A stretch of 64,000 bases of DNA from an uncultured Bacilli bacterium (GTDB taxonomy: Bacteria > Bacillota_I > Bacilli_A > RF39 > UBA660): positions 1,591 to 65,590 of the forward strand of contig CALVPR010000001.1 of the NCBI GenBank assembly GCA_944351765.1, read 5' to 3'. Below, piece by piece: positions 58,654 through 64,000 of this stretch. The first letter of the stretch is position 1. Every line of letters starts with the position of its first letter. The notes beneath the pieces are model-generated. The model made no database searches. It was not told where the DNA came from and worked only from the letters and a program-made list of their open reading frames with translations. The position numbers and the translations under genes are program-made.

Positions 58654-59922
58654 TTATATTATTTCACCATAAACATTAAGTTTATCTATATCTGTTATTT
58701 TTACTTTTACTATTTCATTATTATCTACTTTACTATTAAGTATAACAGGAATAAAGTTAGAAGTATGTACTACTACTTTACCATCATGTCTTAATTCAGT
58801 AACACCTTCATATATCTTACCAATACTATTTTTATAATATTCTTCTTCCATTTTTTTAGATAATTCTATTACTTTTTTAACTCTTTCTTTCTTGATTTTT
58901 CCATCTACTTGATTATCCATAACTGCTGCCTTTGTTCCATCTCTTTTAGAATATGGAAAAGTATGAATATGCATAAAACCTATTTCTTTTAAAGTATCCA
59001 TTGTTTCATTAAATTCTTCTTCACCTTCATTTGGAAATCCTACTATTAAATCAGTAGTTATACTTATATCATCTCTTACTCTTCTTATTTCTTCTACTCT
59101 ATTAATGAAGTATTCTTTATTATATCTTCTATTCATAAGTTTTAGAATCTTATTACTTCCTGATTGAAGTGGTATATGTAAGTGAGATGCAATAATTTTA
59201 TTTTCTTTCATTAATTCAAGTATACCATCAGTTATTTCATTTATTTCAATTGAAGATAGTCTTATACGATATAATCCTTCTATCTTTACTATTTTTCTAA
59301 GTAAAGTTTCTAAATTACTATTTATATCCATACCATATTTACCTGTATGAATACCTGTTAAAACTATTTCTTTATAACCTTTATTAACTAAATTTGTAAT
59401 TTCACGAATAACATCTGCTTCTTTTTTACTTCTAATATTACCTCTTGCATAAGGAATAATACAATAAGCACAAAAAGCATTACACCCGTCTTGAATTTTT
59501 ACAAATGCTCTTGTATGTGTTTCAAATCCTAGAATTTCCATATCTTCAAAACTAACATTACTTAAATCATATACTCTTTTTATTTGTTTTTTATTTTCTA
59601 TATATTCATTAATAACATCTACAATTTTTGATTTATCTTTATTTCCTAATATTATATCTGCAGGTATTTCTTCTTTACCTATTTGACTATAACAGCCCAT
59701 TACTACAATTATGGCATTACTATTTTTTCTTCTTGCCTGATGAATAATCTTTCTACTCTTTCTATCACTTTCATTAGTAACAGTACAAGTATTAATTATA
59801 TATATATCTGCAATATCGTCAAAAGGCACTATTTCATAATTATTCTTTTTAAGCAAAGATATTACATATTCACTTTCATATATATTTACTTTACATCCTA
59901 AGGTATATATTGCTACTTTCAT
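58654..59922 (-). CDS. mtaB: MiaB-family radical SAM methylthiotransferase, MtaB-like (t6A37 tRNA methylthiotransferase)
   Basis: MKVAIYTLGCKVNIYESEYV...IINTCTVTNESDRKSRK collinear with MtaB/YqeV; radical SAM CxxxCxxC (CNAFCAYC); C-terminal TRAM. Confidence 0.7.
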   Translation of the reverse strand: MKVAIYTLGCKVNIYESEYVISLLKKNNYEIVPFDDIADIYIINTCTVTNESDRKSRKIIHQARRKNSNAIIVVMGCYSQIGKEEIPADIILGNKDKSKIVDVINEYIENKKQIKRVYDLSNVSFEDMEILGFETHTRAFVKIQDGCNAFCAYCIIPYARGNIRSKKEADVIREITNLVNKGYKEIVLTGIHTGKYGMDINSNLETLLRKIVKIEGLYRIRLSSIEINEITDGILELMKENKIIASHLHIPLQSGSNKILKLMNRRYNKEYFINRVEEIRRVRDDISITTDLIVGFPNEGEEEFNETMDTLKEIGFMHIHTFPYSKRDGTKAAVMDNQVDGKIKKERVKKVIELSKKMEEEYYKNSIGKIYEGVTELRHDGKVVVHTSNFIPVILNSKVDNNEIVKVKITDIDKLNVYGEII

Positions 59923-59938
59923 TTTTTATCACCTACTA

Positions 59939-60655
59939 CTATAATTTTCTAAATAATCTTTTTGCATTTTCATCTAATTGGCTTTCTAAATTTTCATGTG
60001 AATATCCCTTTAACTCTTTTATACGATTGAAAACTTGTTTACCATCATTTATAGGATTCATACTCATATATGGATAATCTAATTCTATTAAAATATTTTC
60101 AATAGGAGTTAATTTAATAACTTCTAAAGATTTTTTCGCATTTACCCTTGTAATCGGAGTTGCAAAAGATAAATATCCTCCTAATTTTACTATTTCTTTT
60201 GCTATATCTATATCCGGTTGAAAACAATGAAATACAAAACCATATAAAGGGTATACATATTTAAATATTTTTAGTACCCTTTCATTAGAATTTTTGGAAT
60301 GAATTATAATAGGTAATTCTAAGAAATTTGCAAGTTCTATTTGTTTAATGAATCTTTCTCTTTGTAAAAGGAAATCTCCATCTGTATCCAATCCAATTTC
60401 TCCAATTGCCACTACTTTATCAGTTATTCTTAATTTTAATAAATCTTCAATATTTCCATTATGCAAAGGATGAATTCCAATTGTTGCATAAAATTTAGGT
60501 TCCCTTTCACTTATTTCAATTGCCTCTTTACTAGTTTCATAATCTAAACCAATATTAATAACTTTATTTAAATGGTTAATATTATTAACTCTAATTATTT
60601 CATCTCTTAAATTCTTTAAATCTTTAGAATTAAAATGTGCATGAGTATCTATCAT
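59939..60655 (-). CDS. tatD: TatD family metal-dependent hydrolase/DNase
   Basis: MIDTHAHFN N-terminal metal-binding motif, TIM-barrel hydrolase length; GGGAGG SD. Confidence 0.8.
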   Translation of the reverse strand: MIDTHAHFNSKDLKNLRDEIIRVNNINHLNKVINIGLDYETSKEAIEISEREPKFYATIGIHPLHNGNIEDLLKLRITDKVVAIGEIGLDTDGDFLLQRERFIKQIELANFLELPIIIHSKNSNERVLKIFKYVYPLYGFVFHCFQPDIDIAKEIVKLGGYLSFATPITRVNAKKSLEVIKLTPIENILIELDYPYMSMNPINDGKQVFNRIKELKGYSHENLESQLDENAKRLFRKL

Positions 60656-60679
60656 ATTATGTCCTCCCTAAGTAATGTT

Positions 60680-60708
60680 ATTTTAACACGATTAAAAGCT
60701 TATATCAA
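60680..60708 (-). promoter_or_regulatory. tatD promoter TTGATA-17-TAAAAT
   Basis: Minus-strand reading; ~25 nt upstream of SD. Confidence 0.4.
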
Positions 60709-60727
60709 GTAATTATAAAATTACATT

Positions 60728-60866
60728 TTGACAAAATAATTATTTTATGGTAGTATGTATATAGATGGAGGAAACTTCATATAATAAAAGAGACATTGAT
60801 TAGGATTCAATGTTTACTCGTTTTTGTGTAAACACCGAATATTATTTCGGTGTTGTTTTTTATTTG
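60728..60866 (+). ncRNA. Candidate small RNA / orphan transcription unit: strong promoter (TTGACA-17-TGgTAGTAT) to intrinsic terminator
   Basis: -35 60728-60733, extended -10 60748-60756; hairpin 60794-60812 (CATTGA-N7-TCAATG); terminator AACACCGAA-TATTAT-TTCGGTGTT + T-run 60831-60866; no credible CDS. Confidence 0.35.
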
Positions 60867-61131
60867 GTTTTAATTGCGATAATAGTATATAGAATTACTA
60901 TTAAGACAAGAACTAATAGTTCCAACACAAACCTCCTGTATAAATATTTATGCGCATTAGAACCACCTCCCTATTGTGAATTAAGGAGTAAACACCGATA
61001 TCAATATCTCTGAAATAATAGTAACACATAATTAACAAAAAGTATGTAACACATTTGTTAACATTAAAAATATTAAATAGCAATAATTACATTTCTTAAA
61101 GTTTCAAATTAAGTGTTTTTTTCTATAAAAA

Positions 61132-61165
61132 TATTAAAGCAAAAAAAAGAGATAAATTACTTATC
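61132..61165 (-). terminator. Weak intrinsic terminator after pheT
   Basis: Short GATAA/TTATC hairpin overlapping stop followed by U8 on minus strand. Confidence 0.3.
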
Positions 61166-63535
61166 CCTTAATTCCGCTTTTAACTTAGTTTCTACTTCAC
61201 TAATTATCTTATTAAATACAACATTTACTTCTTCTTCGGTAAGAGTTTTATTATAATCTTCAAAAATAAGATTAAACGCTAATGATTTCTTATCTTTAGC
61301 TATATTATCTCCTTTATATAGATCAAATACATTTATATTAGTAAGAAGTCTTCCCCCTGCTTTTTTTATTGCTTTAGTAATATCTTCACTAGTAATATTT
61401 TCATCTACTATAAATGCTAAATCTTTATTTATCGTAGGATACTTATTTAGTTCTTTAAATTTTATTGCTCTTACTTTCTTACTATATAACTTATTTAAAG
61501 ATATTTCACATACATAAATATTATTTTTACTTGTACTTGGATGAATCTTACCAAAGTATCCAACTGCCTCATTATCAATAATAATTTCACTATTTACTTT
61601 AGGATGTATTTCTTTAGGCAATTTATCTGATAACTTAAACGTATATCTATTATTAAGTCCTAAATAGTCTAAAATATTTTCTACTAATCCTTTTACTAAA
61701 TAATAGTCTATTTGTATGTTGTTTTTATTCCATGAATTAGATATATAATTACCTGTTAATCCAAAACTAATTTTAGTATCTTCTTCATAACTATTATCAT
61801 AAGTATTAGCAATTTCATATAACATAACATCATTATTTTTTCTAGAAATATTATACTCTATCATTTTTAACATACTAGGCATTATACTTTGTCTAACAAT
61901 ACTCTTATCAATATTCATTGGTCTTAAAAGCTTTATTTCATCATTAAAATTATATCTAAACATATTATTTTCTTCTTCACTAATTAATGTATATGTTCTA
62001 ATTTCATTGAATCCTAGTGCTCTTAATCTTTTAGATATATCTTTTCTAAATTTAGTTTTTGGGGCATACTCTCCTTTTTTAGTTCTTACTACTGGTAAAG
62101 TTGCTTTAATATTATCATAACCGTATATTCTTCCTACTTCTTCAATGATATCAGCTTTATTTTCTTCAACATCTACTCTTCTATTAGGTATTGTAACAAT
62201 AAATTTATCTTTATCTATTTTATATGTAAATCCTAAACTATCAAGTGAACTAGTTACATCATTACTATTTAATTTCATTCCTAACATTAAATTAATTTCA
62301 TCAAGTGTTACTTCTACGACTTTTTCTTTCTTCGTAGTTGTATCATGTGTTAAAGTACCTTCTAATACAGTACCACCAGCATACTTTTCAAGCAAATGAC
62401 ATGCTCTTTCAATCGCTAAATTACAGTATTCATAATTAAGTCCTTTTTCATATCTAAGGGATGCTTCACTTCTTAAATCTAGTTTAATTGAAGTATATCT
62501 TACATTATAAGGATTAAATATAGCACTTTCTATTAAGATATTTTTAGTATCTTCTTCAACTTCTGTATTGAGTCCTCCCATAACTCCGGCAATACATACT
62601 ATTTTATCTCCATCAGTAATTACAATATCATCACTATTTAAGACTCTTTCTTTATTATCTAATGTAATTACTTTCTCATTATCATGAGCCATTCTAACTA
62701 GTATTTTATCTCCTAGAGTGTCTTTATCAAAGAAATGAAGTGGTTGCCCATATTCTAGCATTACATAGTTAGAGATATCTACAACATTATTAATACTTCT
62801 CATACCAGCATTTTCAAGTCTTTGTTTAATGAAATCAGGACTTGGGCCAACTTTTACATTAGTAACCATTTTAGCATTATACATAGAACAATTATCAGTA
62901 TCTACTTTTATTTCAAAATGATCTTTAATATTATCTTTTACTGGATTAGTATCTATACTAGGTAAAGTGACTTTAGTATTTAATACTGCTGCTACCTCAT
63001 AAGCAAAAGGTATATGATTATTACAATCAAATCTATTAGGATTCAAATCTAGTGTATAAATAGTATCATCAAGTCCTAAATATTTAATTGGATTTTCTCC
63101 AACTGGAGCACTACTATCAAGTTCATAAATTCCTTTATTATATGCCTCTTCTGTCTTTTCTTCTAATCCAAGTTCAAACAAAGCACATATCATTCCATTT
63201 GATTCTACTCCACGAATTTTACTTTTCTTTATTTCAAAGTTTCCAGGAAGAATTGCACCTGGTAAAGCCACTATTACTTTTAAATCTTTTCTTACGTTAG
63301 AAGCACCACATACTATTTGAGTGATTTCACTTCCAACATCAACTCTACATACATTTAAGTGATCAGAATCCGGATGTGCTGTTACTTCTAATACATGTCC
63401 AATTACTAAATTATCTATATTTCTACTTTCTACTTTTTCAATATTTATTCCTGTTTTAGTTATTTTATCTGCAAGTACTTTTAAATCCATATCTTTAGTA
63501 TCGACATAGTCTTTAACCCAATTCATGCTTATCAT
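61157..63535 (-). CDS. pheT: Phenylalanine--tRNA ligase beta subunit
   Basis: 792 aa; N-terminal tRNA-binding domain, B3/B4 and B5, C-terminal FDX-ACB; starts 1 nt inside pheS stop as typical. Confidence 0.9.
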   Translation of the reverse strand: MISMNWVKDYVDTKDMDLKVLADKITKTGINIEKVESRNIDNLVIGHVLEVTAHPDSDHLNVCRVDVGSEITQIVCGASNVRKDLKVIVALPGAILPGNFEIKKSKIRGVESNGMICALFELGLEEKTEEAYNKGIYELDSSAPVGENPIKYLGLDDTIYTLDLNPNRFDCNNHIPFAYEVAAVLNTKVTLPSIDTNPVKDNIKDHFEIKVDTDNCSMYNAKMVTNVKVGPSPDFIKQRLENAGMRSINNVVDISNYVMLEYGQPLHFFDKDTLGDKILVRMAHDNEKVITLDNKERVLNSDDIVITDGDKIVCIAGVMGGLNTEVEEDTKNILIESAIFNPYNVRYTSIKLDLRSEASLRYEKGLNYEYCNLAIERACHLLEKYAGGTVLEGTLTHDTTTKKEKVVEVTLDEINLMLGMKLNSNDVTSSLDSLGFTYKIDKDKFIVTIPNRRVDVEENKADIIEEVGRIYGYDNIKATLPVVRTKKGEYAPKTKFRKDISKRLRALGFNEIRTYTLISEEENNMFRYNFNDEIKLLRPMNIDKSIVRQSIMPSMLKMIEYNISRKNNDVMLYEIANTYDNSYEEDTKISFGLTGNYISNSWNKNNIQIDYYLVKGLVENILDYLGLNNRYTFKLSDKLPKEIHPKVNSEIIIDNEAVGYFGKIHPSTSKNNIYVCEISLNKLYSKKVRAIKFKELNKYPTINKDLAFIVDENITSEDITKAIKKAGGRLLTNINVFDLYKGDNIAKDKKSLAFNLIFEDYNKTLTEEEVNVVFNKIISEVETKLKAELRDK

Positions 63536-64000
63536 TATAACACATCCCTTCTATTAAATTGTTCTAGTATTCTAATGTCTTGTGGTGTATAGAATGTTCT
63601 AATATCAGTAATTCCATACTTAAGCATAGCAAGTCTTTCTATTCCAAATCCAAACGCAAAACCAGAATGAACTTTTGGATCATAACCACAATTAGATAGT
63701 ACTTTAGGATGTACCATTCCTGCTCCCCCTACTGTTATCCATCCAGTTCCTTTACAAATATTACATCCTTTTCCTTCACAGTTAAAACATGATATATCAA
63801 GTTCTACTGAAGGCTCTGTAAATGGATAAAATGATGGCCTAAATCTTGTCTCACGTTTTTCTCCAAATAAGTGTTTAGCAATTATATCAAATGTTCCTTT
63901 TAAGTCTGAAAGTGAAATATCTTTATCAATTAACAAACCTTCCATTTGGGTAAATTGATGTGAGTGAGTAGCATCATCATCATCTCTTCTATATGTTTTT
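63535..64000 (-). CDS. pheS: Phenylalanine--tRNA ligase alpha subunit, 3' portion (gene continues beyond window end)
   Basis: Class II motifs [12 protein letters not shown] and [18 protein letters not shown]; ORF stays open upstream to position 64000. Confidence 0.85.
   Translation of the reverse strand, partial: KTYRRDDDDATHSHQFTQMEGLLIDKDISLSDLKGTFDIIAKHLFGEKRETRFRPSFYPFTEPSVELDISCFNCEGKGCNICKGTGWITVGGAGMVHPKVLSNCGYDPKVHSGFAFGFGIERLAMLKYGITDIRTFYTPQDIRILEQFNRRDVL

Noticed and set aside
60810-61013. 67-aa plus-strand ORF (MFTRFCVNTEYYFGVVFYLV...) in the tatD-pheT spacer
   Set aside because: No Shine-Dalgarno within 15 nt of the ATG, and the strongest intrinsic terminator of the region lies inside codons 8-16. 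I interpret the locus as non-coding RNA or regulatory DNA instead.
60656-61156. T-box riboswitch for pheST
   Set aside because: The spacer is downstream of pheT on the coding strand, whereas a T-box would lie upstream of pheS, beyond position 64000. The AGGGAGGTGG stretch does not continue into the conserved T-box sequence (AAUUAGGGUGGNACCGCG), and I saw no specifier-loop architecture.
1-64000. Alternative genetic code (UGA=Trp, Mollicutes-like) suggested by the extreme AT content
   Set aside because: Conserved genes (folD, smc, pheT, gpmI, galE) reach their expected full lengths with standard stops, and MreC/MreD, TagO and peptidoglycan-associated genes indicate a walled Firmicute, so code 11 fits.
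1-64000. CRISPR arrays, rRNA or tRNA genes
   Set aside because: I saw no regularly spaced direct repeats and no tRNA-like T-arm/acceptor structures (GTTCGAATC-type). The only T-loop-like string (TTGAATCC at ~60800) sits in a simple 6-bp palindrome without the other tRNA arms.

Overview
This is a very AT-rich window that I judge by eye, not by calculation, to be about a quarter G+C. It reads as a low-GC Gram-positive (Firmicutes-like) chromosome under the standard genetic code. It is densely packed and about 90% of the genes lie on the minus strand. I saw no rRNA, tRNA, CRISPR array, integrase or transposase.

Gene content along the window:
- **1-4 kb, accessory-looking block:** a GNAT acetyltransferase, a choloylglycine-hydrolase (BSH/PVA-type Ntn hydrolase) homolog, a stand-alone ABC-like AAA ATPase, and a clear type-A chloramphenicol acetyltransferase homolog.
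- **4-16 kb, housekeeping genes:** lepB, rplS, mreD, mreC, radC (with no mreB), a transglutaminase-like protein, folD, smc, a rhomboid protease, TspO, rluD, lspA, an orphan prepilin-type protein and a DUF192 protein.
- **16-36 kb, a ~20 kb minus-strand cell-wall glycopolymer locus:**
  - tagO/wecA-like, galE, mnaA and tagA;
  - a three-component lipid-linked glycosylation module (a CsbB/GtrB-like GT2, a small 4-TM flippase-like protein and two GT-C enzymes);
  - a NodB deacetylase;
  - a Wzy-like membrane domain fused to a GT4;
  - tandem GT2 paralogs;
  - a sulfatase-family protein next to a sulfotransferase-family protein;
  - a Wzx flippase;
  - an unusual nucleotidyltransferase::class-I/II aminotransferase fusion.
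- **36-46 kb:** gpmI, a radical SAM TIGR01212 protein, lexA, an ABC exporter, rnc and yidD.
- **47-56 kb, an 8-gene co-directional run of mostly uncharacterised genes:**
  - an LRR + coiled-coil + AAA_5 (MoxR/midasin-like) ATPase;
  - two unknown proteins;
  - a putative Zn-phospholipase-C-fold protein;
  - four phosphoesterases (PHP, DHH/DHHA1 and two tandem calcineurin-like paralogs);
  - the PHP gene is interrupted by a frameshift in a T8/A8 homopolymer.
- **56-64 kb:** rdgB, lysR, mtaB, tatD, pheT and a partial pheS.

The most interesting signals are:
1. A 46-codon single-TM ORF divergent from lexA whose predicted promoter (TTGACA-17-TAATAT) carries a Cheo/LexA box exactly in its spacer. 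This is a candidate SOS-induced cell-division inhibitor of the SosA/YneA type.
2. The AAA_5-centred four-gene cluster with its downstream phosphoesterase run, which I flag as a candidate undescribed system.
3. The sulfotransferase / sulfatase-like / nucleotidyltransferase-aminotransferase content of the glycopolymer locus.
4. An orphan strong promoter + intrinsic terminator unit (a candidate ~100-nt sRNA) in a repeat-rich 500-bp spacer between tatD and pheT.
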